Source: the human T2T-CHM13v2.0 reference genome, Homo sapiens. Taken from it: 64,000 nucleotides of DNA. Where the stretch lies: NCBI RefSeq assembly GCF_009914755.1, contig NC_060935.1; one strand, 5' to 3'. The position numbers and the translations under genes were made by a program. Positions 42,889 to 59,271 of the stretch are shown piece by piece. The number at the start of each line of letters is the position of its first letter. The stretch's first letter is position 1. The notes below the pieces were generated by a model. It searched no databases. It was not told the origin of the DNA and worked only from the letters and a program-made list of their open reading frames with translations.

Positions 42889-44746
42889 GATTAATATCAA
42901 GTATCTTTCTTGGCCACAATGGCATGAAACTAGAAATAAATAACAGGAAGGAGACTGGAAAATTCACAAGTATTTGGAAATTTTAAAACATGCTTCTGAA
43001 CAACCAATGGATCACAGAAGAAATCAAAGGGAAAATAAAAAAATATATTGAGACAAATGATATATAAACACAACTTACTAAATTATGGGAAGCAGCAAAG
43101 CAGTTCTAAGAGAAAAGTTTGTAGCAATAAACACCTACATTAAAAAAGAAGAAAACCCTCCAATAAACAACCTAACATCATTTCTCAAAAAAAAAAAAAA
43201 AAAACTAGAAAAAAAAGAACAATCTAAGTCCAGAGCTAGTAGAAGGAGGAAATAACAAAGATCAAAGAAAAAATAAATAAAATAGAGACTTAGAAAGCAA
43301 TATGAAAGAGCAACAAAATTAAAAGGGGATCTTTGAAAAGATAAAATTGATAAACCTTTATCTAGGCTAATAAAAAATGAAAGAAGACTCTAAAATGAGA
43401 AACGAAAAGGGAGACATTACAACTTATACAGAAATACAAAGAACCTTAGAAGACTATTACAAATAACTATACACCAACAAATTGGATAGTTTAGAAGAAA
43501 TAAATTCCTAGAAACTTACCATCAGCCAAGACTAAACTATGAAGAAATAGCATATCTGAACAGACCAATCACAAGTAGGAAGATTGAATCAGTAATCAAA
43601 AATATTTTTCAAAGAAAAGCCCAGGACCTGATGTCTTCACTGGTGAATTCTACCAAACATTTAAAGAAGAATTAGTACCAATCTTTCTCAAATTACTTCA
43701 AAAAACTGAAGCAGGCGAAATACTTCTAAGCTCATTTTATGAGTCTGACATTACCCTGATTCCAAAGCCAGACAAAGGCATTACAAGAAAAGAAAGTTAT
43801 AATATCCTCAATGACATTGATGCAAAAATCCTCAGCAACATGCTAGCAAACTGAATTCAACAATACATTAAAAGGATGGTACACCATGATCAAGTGGCAT
43901 TTTTCCCTGGAATGTGGGATGGTTCAACATGTGCAAATCCATAAACATGATATACCACATTAACAGAATAAGGCACAAAACCCACCTGATCTCAATAGTT
44001 AAAGAAAAAGCAGTTTACAAATCTCAACATCCTTTCATGATAAAAACCCTTAACAAACTAGATATAGAAGCAATGTACATCACACAATACAGGCTATATA
44101 TGACAGGCCCACAACTAATATCATATTGAGTGGTAAAAAGTTGAAATCTTTTCCTCTAAATCAGGAGCAAGACAAGGATGTCCACTCTTCCTGCTTCTAT
44201 TCAATATAGTATAATGGAAATTCTAGCCGGAGCAATTAGGCAAGAGAAAGAAATAAAAAGCATACAAATTAGAAAGGAAAAAGTTAAATTGTTCCTGTTT
44301 GTAGATGACATAATCTTATAGTTAGAAAATATTAATGACTCCACCAAAAAAAACCACTTAAACCTAATAAACAATACAGTAAAGTTGCAGGATACAAAAT
44401 CAACATACAATAGTCAATTGCATTTATATTAAAAAAACAAACTATCCAAAAAATGAAATCAAGAAAACAATCCCATTTACAATAGTTAAAAAAAAAACTT
44501 AGGAATAAATTTAACAAAGAAGGCAAAAGACTTTGACACTGAAAACTATAAAACACTGAAGAATGAAAGTAAAGAAGACATGGATAAATGGAAAGATACT
44601 TCATGTTCAGGGATTAGAAGAATTAATATTGTTAAAATGTTTATACTCCCCCAAAGTTATCTACAGATTCTCTCCATCAAAATTCCAGTGACATTTTCCC
44701 AGAAATAAAAAGAATTCTAAAGCATTCATGGAACCACAAAAATCCC

Positions 44747-45368
44747 TGTGATGGTTAACTTTGGACTTGACTTGATTAAGGCATACTCAGATAGCAGGTA
44801 AGGCGTTATTCTTAATGTTTCAGAAGGAACTGATCCCTCTTTTGCTAAAAGGGAAGTCCAGGTAGTTGTGGTTTTGATTAGATGATCGGGCTATCCTAGG
44901 TGTGTCTGTGTGGATGTTTCCAGAAGAGATTAGCATGTGAGTTGGTGGTCTGAGTGGGGAAGATCCACCCTCGATGTGAGTGGGCATCATCCAATCAGTT
45001 TTGGGCCCTAATGGAGCAAAGGCAGAGTAAGGGAGAATTCTCACTTTCCCTCCCTGAGACAGGACACCTTCTTCTCCTGCCCTTGGATGTCAGAACTCCA
45101 GGTGGTCTGGTCTTTGAACTCCAGGACTCATACCAGTAGCCCTCAGGCTCTCCAGCAATCAGGATTGAAAATCACACCACAGCTTTGTTGGTTCTGCAGT
45201 TTGGACTTGGACTGAGACACATTACTCTCTTTCCCGGTTCTCCCACTTGATAAAGATGGTCTGCAAGATTTCTCAACTTCCAAAATAAAGTGAGCCAATT
45301 CTAATAAATCCTTTTTCATATATCTCTCTATAAATTATATTGGCTCTGTCTCTTTGGAGACAGAAACA
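44747..45368 (+). mobile_element. MLT2 (ERVL) solo LTR
   Basis: TGTGATGGTTAA start, gtttccagaagagattagcat...ggggaagatccaccctc core, gagccaatt...tattggctctgtctct end. Confidence 0.85.
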
Positions 45369-45869
45369 ACCCCAAATAGTCAAAGCAATCCTGAAGAAAA
45401 AGAACAAAACTAGAGGTATCACACTACCTGATCTCAAAATCTGCTATAAAACTATAGTAATCAACACAGCATGGTACTGACATAAAAACAGACACCCAGA
45501 CCAATGGAACGGAATAGACAGCCCAGAAATAATAATAATAATATATATAATATAATAAGAGTAATAATCTGTGAAGAATATATATACACAAATATGTATA
45601 AATACATAAAATTCATATTCATGAATGCATGGTTAGTGAATGAAAACTTTTTTCTTTTTCTGCCATTCATTCATTATCCATGGATTCATGGACAGATATT
45701 TGATTGAAGTGGTTATTATCCATTATCATCATAATTTATTTTGCTGCTCAAATGATTCTAGATTTGGCACTTTTGATCAGCCTCTGAAAATCCCTCCATA
45801 TCAGTTTATAGAGATCCTCTTCAATCTTTTTTTAAATTGATGTATTGTTGTATAAATCCATTGTGTAAA

Positions 45870-46078
45870 TCAAGGATTTACAAATTAAGGCCCACAGGCA
45901 AAATCTGACCCACCATTTGTTTTTGTAAATGATCTTTGATTGATGTGCCATGCACAATTGTTTGTATGTTTTTTTATGTCTGCTTTTGGATTACGACCAC
46001 AGAGTTCAGTAATTGAAATAGAGACTGTGTGGGCCAAAAATTCCTCCCTCGTTTTTAAGAAAATTTTGCTGTCCCTTA
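45870..46078. mobile_element. MER58-like hAT MITE
   Basis: ggcccacaggcaaaatctgacccacc..tgtttttgtaaat...gagactgtgtgg...aaattttgctgtccc. Confidence 0.7.
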
Positions 46079-46209
46079 GTGAAAATTAATCATAATTTGT
46101 TCAAACAATAACCAATGTGTGGATATTGAAACTGTACTCAATATTTTTAACTATTAATAATGCCATAATGAATAGTCTTGTGCATGTGTGTTTTCATATT
46201 ATTGGAGAT

Positions 46210-46564
46210 TGATATGGTTTTGCTGTGTCCCCACCCACATCTTATCTTGAATTGTAGCTCCCATAATTCCCACATGTCACGGGAGGGACCTGGTTGGAGG
46301 TAATTGAATCATGGGGGAGGGTCTTTCCTGTGCTGTTCTCATGATAGTGAGTAAGGCTCACAAGACCTGATGGTTTTATAAAGGGGGAGTTCCCCTGCAC
46401 ACGCTCGCTCTTGCCTGCCTCCATGCAAGATGTGGCTTTGCTCCTCTTTTGCCTTCTCCTATGATTGTGATTCCCACACATGTGGAACTGTGAGTCCATT
46501 AAACTTCTTTCTTCATAAATTACCCAGTGTGTCTTTATTAGCAGTGTGAGATCAGACTAATACA
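46210..46564 (+). mobile_element. THE1 (MaLR) solo LTR
   Basis: TGATATGGTTT...GACTAATACA, 355 bp, with 5-bp TSD GAGAT/GAGGT. Confidence 0.93.
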
Positions 46565-47154
46565 GAGGTACATCTCTAGTATGAATTCCTAGAAGTGGAA
46601 TTGATGGCTCAAAAGCAAGCACAGAGTTACTTGAATCTGAAAACCTGTGCCTAACTAAATTTGGATAAAAATTTTGGTGATTATAAGTTCAAATATCTTA
46701 TTCTGGCCCAATCTCTTGTCTCTTTCTCAGACTCCTAATAAACACATGTGTGTTATTTGTTTAGTTTATTTCAGTGTTATTTTTCTGGTTCTTCTTTGTA
46801 TTATATATTTTCTATTGGTCCATCTTTAAATTCTCTGTTCTTTTCCTCTGCCATCTCAATTCTTCTAAGATGATGAAATAAATTTTTAAATTTCAGATAT
46901 TACATCCAAAATTTGGGATACTTTTTTATACATAAAGGATAAGATAATAAAGAATAAGGATAAATAAAAGCATATCTATTCTTTATTTCTATATATATGC
47001 AAGCTATATCTTCCTTTACTTTAGATATTTTCTATTAATATTTTCTTTTATTTCATTGCACATAGTTATAACAACTCCTTTAAAGCCCTTATCTACTACT
47101 TCCAACAACTGCATCACCTTTGTTCATTATCTTTTCCTTTAACAATAGGTCGCA

Positions 47155-50370
<3,216 letters not shown>

Positions 50371-50729
50371 TATATGAGATATATATATATATGATTGTAA
50401 CCTGAGCAAAGTGAACATAAGGTTTTGAAGACTCTGGAAAAGTCTTATGTTTTTATTTGGAAGGCAATTCATTTGATCAAACTTAAGTTGCAAACTATTT
50501 CTTTGGGGTGGCCGCTCAAGACAGTTCTTTTATTTTTGGTTGTGCTACTTTGAATCTATACCCATGTATGCTTAGTTCCATCCAGACTTGCCCAGAGTTG
50601 TTTACATAATTTGAAAATCACCCCCATTCTGGCTCTCTTCTTTTCGGAATCTTCCCTGACTTCCCAGCAGCTGAGACTGCCCTGAATTTTGTCCTCTTGT
50701 CTACATGCCATAAAGGTTATGAGTTTTCT

Positions 50730-51017
50730 TTTTTTTTTTTGAGACAGAGTCTCGCTCTGTCGCCCAGACTGGAGTACAGTGGTGCAATCTCGGCTCACTG
50801 CAAGCTCCGCCTCCTGGGTTCACACCATTCTGCTGCCTCCCAAGTAGCTGGGACTACAGGCGCCTGCCACCACGCCCGGCTAATTTTTTTTGTATTTTTA
50901 GTTGAGACAGGGTTTCACCGTGTTAGCCAGGATGGTCTCGATCTCCTGACCTCGTGATCCACCCGCCTCGGCCTCCCAAAGTGCTGGGATTACAGGTGTG
51001 AGCCACCGCACCCGGCC
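50730..51017 (-). mobile_element. AluY
   Basis: AluY diagnostics (gcaagctccgcc; ccgtgttagccaggatggtctcgatctcc). Perfect 16-bp TSD AGGTTATGAGTTTTCT at 50714-29 and 51018-33. Confidence 0.95.
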
Positions 51018-51449
51018 AGGTTATGAGTTTTCTACTGATGATTTGGTGGCAGTTTTGGCCTGTCCTTCCATAAAAGTCAAAAAAAGAGAAATGTACTTCA
51101 AATGAGACTCTTCTTTCAAGTTTTCACTCCCCTCAAGAATTATCCTGCTTTCATTCATTCTCAAGTGCCTTTGTGTATTTTTTTTTTGCTTTTTTCCCAG
51201 AATTAATAGCTGTTACATATGGCAGGTGTGAGTCTTGAAGAAACTTAATTTACCATATAGAAGCTGACACATAGTTTAACCACTGAAAACTGAAGGCCAT
51301 GAGATAATCTTGAAAGAAGCTAGTAGAAACATAAAATATACAAAGGTGAACAACAATTCAATTAGCCAATGATTTCTCTCTAAAGTACCAGAACGTAGTG
51401 ATGTAACTTCTTCAAATCTCATCTAATTAATCTGAATTTTGAGTCATAG

Positions 51450-53030
51450 TTAAATTTCCTTTCCCTACAGCCAAGGTGTAAGAGATGATACAATTTCCAG
51501 AGCTTATATGGCTTCATTTTTATATCTATATACCTGATTCATTTTGAAATTTATTCTTATGTATGGTGTGAGTTATGGATTCAATTTTGTCTTCTTCCAA
51601 ATGACTATCCACTTACCCCAATAGCATTTATTAAAAACTTCACCTTTGTCCTGGTGTTCTTAGGTACCATCTTTTTCACATATTAAATTTCCACATGTAC
51701 TTGGGTCTACTACTAGACTTGGTTTTCTGTTTCATTTATATGTTTTTTCACTTGTGAGTTCTACATTGTTATAATTGTAGAGGATTTATAATATATTTTA
51801 ATATACTGTAAGACTAGTCTGTTAGTGTTTCTTTTCTGTATATTCCTAGCTATTCTTGTATACTTATTTTTTCAGATGAATTTTAGTATCAATATTCCTG
51901 ACACTAGAAAAAGTGCCTGGTGGTATTTTTATTGGGATCACATCTTTGTGGGTTCAGTCATTGTATCCAAATACAAGGGATGTCCTTTTTATTTGCTGAA
52001 ATCTATGTCTTCATCTTTCAGAACTGTTTTAGTTTTATTCACACAGTTTTTGTATATTTCTTGTTAAGCACATTTTTTAACTTTTAAAATTTTTATCACT
52101 CTACTTAAATATAGTTTTATTTTTCATTATGTTACATACATAGTTATTTTTATTTACATTAAGGTCACTGATTTCTCTATGTTAATTTCATATCCTGTTA
52201 CCCTACCAAGTTCTTTGTTTCAGTTACTTCTGTCATTGATTATTCAGTTTTCTAAGAGTACCATCATACCATTTGCAACTAGAAACATTTTTTCTATACT
52301 TTTCAAATTCTTACGAGTCTAGTTGTTTTCTTTTGTCTAATTGCATTGGTTAATACCACCAGTGTAATGCAAAATAGTAGTGTAGTATAGATAATATATT
52401 TTGTATTAGTAAAATTGATAAACCTATTGCAAGCTTACCAAGAAGAGAAAAAAAACAAAAAAGCAATTTTAGAATTGCAAAATAGAATGTCACTGTACAT
52501 CTTAGAGGTAGGTGTACAGTTCCATTAGGAAATAATGGAAAGATATTATAAACAAAGTTATACGCAAATGAAAGCTGAAAAGTTCCTAGAAAAATACATC
52601 TTATCAAAACTAACACAAGGAGAAACAAGAAATCTTTCTAGTTCCTGATTAAGAGTGAATCAGTGTTTAAAACTGTCTCATAAAGAAAACAATGTGAAAT
52701 AGCTTCACTCACTAGTTCTACTAAACATTTTAAGAGGCGACGAATGCAATCTTACACCAACTTAGCCACAGACTAATAAAAGGGGTAATACTTGCCAATG
52801 ATTTTTATGAGAACAGCATAGCCTTAATATCAAAGCAGACTAGAAAATGTAAGAAAAGAAAATTACAAGCCAGTTTCACTCATTACCATGCACTACATAA
52901 ATACCTAAAAATTATGCACTTCATGAACAAATTGATTTTATCTTAGGAACATAAGGGGAATTTAATATTAAAAAAATCAAACAAGTTATTTGTTACATTG
53001 ATTTCATAAAGGAAAAAACTCAAAAGATCA
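51450..53030. mobile_element. Ancient L1M fragments (minus to ~52390, plus thereafter)
   Basis: Diverged ORF2-like sequence; T-rich skew switches to A-rich at ~52400. Confidence 0.6.
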
Positions 53031-55473
53031 TTGGTCTCATAATTCCTACTTTTGATGTTTATTCCTTAGAATAAGTGGGAATGTGGATAAAGATGTTCTG
53101 AGTCCCAGTTTTTCACCCATTTCTCTATGTTCTTTGCCATGGGACTTTGCAATTTTTCCTTTTAAAGATGGGAGTCGATTTTCTCACCCTTGACTCTGAG
53201 TTTGGCCGTATAACTTGCTTGGCTGCGGTATTAGCAGATGTGGACCCTGCAGAAACTTGCAAACATGGTGGTTCTGCATTTCCACTTGTTTCTTGCTGTT
53301 TCTCAAACAGGCAGAGAGTGCTTCTGCCTTAGGGCCTTAGTTGTGTGTGCTCCCTCTATCTGGAATGATCCTCCCTGTGGTTATCAGCACACTTCACTTC
53401 TTGCCTTCATTCTTGTCTCTGCTTATTGCTACCTCATCAGAGGAGCCTTCTCAGAATATATAAGCTAAATAATGTATCCTAGAAAAAGAAGTACAGGGCA
53501 TCACTACCCTGTTTTCCAGTTTTCTTTTTTGCACTCATTACATATAGAATGTTCATGTATTAATTGGCCATCTTCCATGATTGGATTATGAGATCCACCA
53601 GTGCAGGAACCTTTTCTATTTTACCATTGAATTCTTAGTGCCTAGAAGAGTGCATAGCAAATCAGCATTCGAGAATTATTTGCCATATCAAGACTATGCC
53701 TTGGGTCTTACTGACTAAATCGATCTTTATTAATTTAGCAAAATGTAAGGCACCAGAACCTCACGCATGCTGGGGGTGGAGGTGATAAACTGAGGTGGGA
53801 GTTAGAAATTGCTGAAAGATGGAATAGTTACTCAATACTTTGAGAGTTCTTAACGTGATAGAAATATTAGAAATATATTGCCCTTGACATTGTTCTTTCC
53901 AGCAATTCCATACACTGAGAAAATCACAAACTGAACCTTCATAAAAAGCCACATGAAGGAACCAAGATGATAGATATACTTTGGAGAACATGAAGGAACT
54001 TTAAAGGAAGAACTTGAAAGATATAATGAGTAAGAAACATAAACATGGATAAAGCATTAATGAATGATGATCACAGTGTGCAAGGAAGAAAATGAAGGAA
54101 GTATCTTGACTTGAATAAAACATATATATAATATATATATACATATGAAAAAAAAAACACAAGGACTCGGGTACTCAATATAAAGTGACCTATGAAACCC
54201 AGAAGTTAAAGAGATGAAAATGTATAAAACTAATTTTCTCCTTTTATAACCAAAATATTTAGGTGTTGAGAACGTGGTTGTTTGCATACTTGAATGTGTT
54301 ATCAATAATCAGGCAGATAATAAAGGATTTGTGGCTATAATATAGAAAAATAATTTGTAACAAAATGCAATTGAAGAGAGAAATAACAGATGCTCAACAA
54401 AAGCTGAATTCTGAGAATTACTTTCAAGGAAGTGACCCAATATGTACAGCAGTCTTGTCGGTCTTGTTCATACCACATAGATGCTTTCATAGCATTAATA
54501 GAATTAACTAGATGTTTCAGAAGAAAAAAAAAACCCAACTATGTACAACAGAAGAAATAGCCTGCCTAACGGAGCCTAAATTAGTCTAATCTATTTTTAG
54601 TCTGTGATTCTGCCCTAGTAGGCCCTCGAGAATTGGAGGGAAATATGGATAGAAAAAATTTGCTTTTTCCCAGCTTAATGACACTGAGATAGTCCTGAAA
54701 TACATTTAAAAAGGCTTTATGTTCCAAAGATAACTCAGCTTCTGTCAGTCATAGAGAAAATAGGTGGGAAGTTTATTTTTATAACACATTTCCTCCAGTG
54801 GCCCTCTCCAGGGTAACTGCTTTGCCATACCACAGGCAATGGAAATAGAGAGGGGTATCAACTCTGTGAGTAAATTAAACATATGTAAGTTACACGATGA
54901 ATGTAGTAGAAACAACTCTTTTTATTGTTTTTCTAAATATTTCTGATCTCCCTCTCAAATCTAAGTCTAGATTATTCTCAGTCCAACATTTCTTCTTTAA
55001 TATCTTTAAAAAAATGTACTGAGTTCTACTTGGTGCTTGGCACTGTTGGAGGCACCAAGAATACAATGGTGAAAATTTATATGGCACCAACTCTAAAACC
55101 CTATCTGCTTTTTGTCTTGAGGGCAGAATGGATGCGCTGTGATGGCACCTACGATAAGGATAAACACAATGGTATGGAGGTGCTTGGGTTAGAGACTTAC
55201 TTTGTTTTGAGCATCGGAAGAGATATCACAGCATCTGACATCAACAGACTGATATCCCTAGGAGTTAGGGGAGAAGGTGGTCATGTTCCAGGAAGAGGGA
55301 ATAACCTGAATGTGAAAGGCAGCATGGAAGATTCAGGGATGCTGCAAACTTCATGATGGGAACACAAAATTGAAACAGGAAGTGGAGTGAGAAGAGGCTA
55401 CCTCACTCCTAAGGGAAATCTAAGTTCTCTTTTCAAAGTATCTCCCTTCTCTTCTTAAAAATTATTGTCTCTT

Positions 55474-56035
55474 CAGTGAAAGAGAACTGACCTAACCAAT
55501 TCCACCTTGCTTCTAGCTTCCAAGATGTCCTTGTTTGTTCCTGGGCATAGGCTGAACTAACTTTGGGAGGAACTTTATAGTTTGAATCAAAGATGATAAC
55601 AGCCCTTTCTCAAAACAAACCCCCTTCTCGCCTAGGGACTAGATTGCCTTTGCAGAACCAACAAATTAGTCAAAAGATGAGAAATTATGGTTTAGGAGTC
55701 ATGCAGCTGGAGGGTACAAGATTCTGACACTCCCCAAATTGCTCCTGGGGATAAAATCACTATTGTAAAACCTAAGCCCAGTGCTTGAGATATTTTGCAG
55801 ACCCTGCACTCGATGGATCAGCTGGCACCACTTAGAGTGATAAACTGGCTCATTTGATCTTGGGGCCCTCACCCAGGAACTGACTCTGTAAAAAGACAGC
55901 TTCAACTCCCTGAGTTCAGCTCTGACCTGACCAATCAGCACTCCTAGCCCACTGGCTTACCCCCCCCACCAAGCTGTCCTTGAAAACTCTCATCCCCAAA
56001 TGCTCAGGTAGACTGATTTGAGCAAAAATCTCTGG

Positions 56036-56040
<5 letters not shown>
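55474..56040 (+). mobile_element. LTR8-family (ERV1) LTR, U3-R portion only
   Basis: cagtgaaagag...gctgaactaactttggga...gaaattatggtttaggagtcatgcagctggagg...gagatattttgcagaccctgcac...gactgatttgag matches LTR8 (recalled). It lacks the TG start and the U5/CA end. Confidence 0.85.

Positions 56041-56078
<38 letters not shown>
56039..56078. repeat. (CA)n microsatellite at the LTR8 3' end
   Basis: ~20 CA units. Confidence 0.97.
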
Positions 56079-56080
<2 letters not shown>

Positions 56081-59000
56081 AATTATTGTCCCTTTTTTTA
56101 ATATTGTTGAGACTCAAAATCTCCCTTTCTAACTTTCTTCCTCACACCCTCCTATGTGAAGTTTGATTCCATTCACTCTGTTTACCCTAAGATCTTAGCA
56201 GTCTTTTAAAAACTAGGAAAATTTGTTTTCCACAAAATTGACACTCCATCCCACCCTCTCATCTCCTGCCATTTAGCTTAACCTGAGGATAACAGATCCT
56301 CACACTGCCTTCCCTTCTCAAATACAGAAGATAACAGAGCATGCCTGCAAATGTATTCTCAAGATTTCCCTGGCTCAGCAGCAAAGAAGGAAGCATTTCA
56401 ATGTGTGTGTGTGTGTATGTATAGCAAGGAGAACTCGAAGGACGTCAGATGTGAGATTAAGCCAAACTGGAGTCCTGAATTATTCTGCTGATATTCCTAC
56501 ATAATGTTCTTCTAATCTAGGGTGCATTTCCTAAAGATTGCTCTGTCCCCCACACTATTTAACAAAGTCTCTGGATGGGGAATGAATGATGCATTTCTCA
56601 CAGCCGAGGCAGCTACTGTGTGGGTGGGAATTCACAGTCTGGAAGTCTGAAGGAAGATTTACACTCTCAGAGAAACATGGCGCAAAGAACATGTTAGCAT
56701 GGCTAAATTCCAGAAGCTAACCATAAGGAAATTCTTGTGTAGGGCCTTAACTTTTGGTGTGGTTTTCTCAAGGATGATAGAGATTATTTCATGAAGCATA
56801 CAGGGTGAAAACTATGGTGGCCAAGGGGCCACCAAGCACACACCATATCATTGCTTTGTTAAGCTGGTCATTTCACCCCTATGTGAGGATAATGTGGGGA
56901 GCAAAAGGAATTGTGCCCTGATGCACATTTATGTCTCCACTGACTCATACCCAAGGGAATCGGCAATGCAGGAGTGCCCCTGAAGAGTCTTCCTCATCAT
57001 GAGCTTCTCAGCGAGTTGATTCTATTTCCTAAAATATTTTCCCTTTTATATTACAGACCAAACATTTATGTTACAAAATATAAACAGGTGAAACACTGAA
57101 AATAAAAATCATACCACTTCTATCATTCCAAAGCAACCATTGTTAACATTTGTTGTAGGTTCTTCTGAAAATTTTATCTTTCTATTTATACTTTTCTCTT
57201 TTACAAAAACAGCACATTCTATAAATACGACTTTGTATCCTACTTCTTTTATCTAACCACAGGTAGTAAATATTTACCTGTATACTTTAAATATTCTTTT
57301 ACAATAACATTTTGATGTCTGTATAGTGTTCCATTGTATGGTTTCATTAATTTTGTATTGTTTGTTTATTCATAAGCTCAAACTTTTAGAAATGTTTAAA
57401 CAATGGCTATCTCAGAGTGCTTAAATATTTGAATTTTGGTTATAGTATTCTCTCTTCATTCAGTAAACATTTAAAAATTTTTATCTAGGTGCCAGGTATT
57501 ATTTAGGATTAATGATAACAAAGACCAATACATTTAGTAAGTCTTCTGATTCGAAGTTATGTGATTGTGAAGAAATTTTAACCTTCTTAACTCTAACTCT
57601 AATCCTACCTGTGGAAGAAAGGTTCAGAGATGAACCTTGATGAAGAATCACTTGAGTTGAAATTTGAAGGGTGATTTGGTGTTAGCCAGTTGAAGAGTGA
57701 GGGGAAGTGATGTTTCAGACAGAAAAAGCCATATGTCCAAAACCCCCAAACTGGTTAATTATCCTTAAAGTATGAAAGAGAGGACAGGGACAAGAAAGAT
57801 GAGACTGTGAAAATACAAAGAGTCAAACCATGCCTAGAGGTTGAGTCATAATCCCAACGTATATGATGAATCTTTGAAAAGTTTTAAAGTGGCAAGTGAC
57901 AGAGTGAGGTTCTAGAAATAGTGCTCTATTTCTATGGTAAGCGTGTGGGATGGGGATGGACTAGAAGGAAACAAAACTTGAAAACATACTGAGGAGGAAT
58001 AGGAATACTCACTTTAATCTCCTGATTCAAGCCCATTCAAATTCATGTTGATGTTTCACATATTACCAGATACCACCTTCCAAGCTGGCACCAGTTCATT
58101 TATGAGCACTCATTGGACATGACTGCTTAGTTTTAAAACTAAGTGCACTAAACCCTTGCCTCTATTTCCCTGTTAACTCACAGAGCTATCATGGTGGTCT
58201 TAGTAACTACAGTAATCTAAAGGATTCCTGATCTACTGGCAATCCCATCAGAAAGAAAATTAAATGAAATCTAATAAGGAATAATAAATTTCCTTTCTCC
58301 CAATTTCTCCTCCCATGTTACCAGAAAACTCTCGGCAGAGGGTCAGATCTGCCTGTGGTTTCAAGCAGAACTTAAGTAATCCCCAAATATCATGAAATAT
58401 TTAGGTCTCTGAAGGTCTACCTGTTTCCTCACTATTCCAACAAGGCAGAAAAACTCAAAAGTTATTAACTATATGCATTTTTCATCAGAAGAAGGAATTT
58501 AAGTGAAGACTTAGAGTATAATCATCCAAGGAGTTTTTAATACAGGATGTGGCATGAACCTCTTTATTCTCCACTTTCTTTGACCCACCTTGCTAAGTGC
58601 AGCTCCACTGAGTGCTATAGAGAGAAGATATATTATTTGTCATAAATTAAGCTTATTTGATAATATGCAGATTTAAGCCATAACCTTTTTGCTTTTCCCA
58701 CAAATGTTTTTTTATATTCTAACTGCTACTGATAAAACTTTGTGTACATTATTTTGAAAAGCTGAAACTGGATCCCAGAGGACCTTGCTGGGTTAGAGGA
58801 GGTCATGAGACTTACCAAAATCTCCCTTTGTACCTTTCTCACATTTGCTCACTTGAAAAACACTTTTGCTTTTCCATCTTGATCTTACATTTAATGGAAT
58901 CCCATCTCCCTAATATGTAGTCAATAATAATTGCTTAATATATTATAGAAATGTAATGCTAAATTTTTAAGTTGCATATTGTATTAGATTTTGTTGAGAA

Positions 59001-59099
59001 CTCTTTCAAAGCTATAAATTAATCTTGGAATTATTTGGCAATATAAATTCCAACTCCTTACTGTAGCTCAAAAACTTTACATGTTACCTCTTACGGCTT

Positions 59100-59271
59100 C
59101 TTTGTTGTTGTTGTTGTTGTAGCTTTGAGACAAGGTCTTGTTATATTGCTCAGGCTGGCATGTCATGGCTATTCACAAGTGCTAGCATAGCGCACTGTGG
59201 CCTCCAACTATCTTTCCGTGCCTCAGCCTCCTGAGTAGCTGGGACTACAGGTGTATGCTACCATGACTGGC
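59100..59271 (-). mobile_element. FAM-like fossil Alu monomer with (TTG)n tail
   Basis: Retains the 7SL-derived ggctattcacaagtgc...atagcgcact segment that dimeric Alus lack. Confidence 0.75.

Larger units (their letters stand above)
42808..45530 (+). mobile_element. L1MA-like ORF2 fragment interrupted by a tiny Alu and an MLT2 LTR
   Basis: ORF2p-like peptide (GWFNMCKSINMIYHINR). L1 sequence resumes after the LTR at ~45370. Confidence 0.85.
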
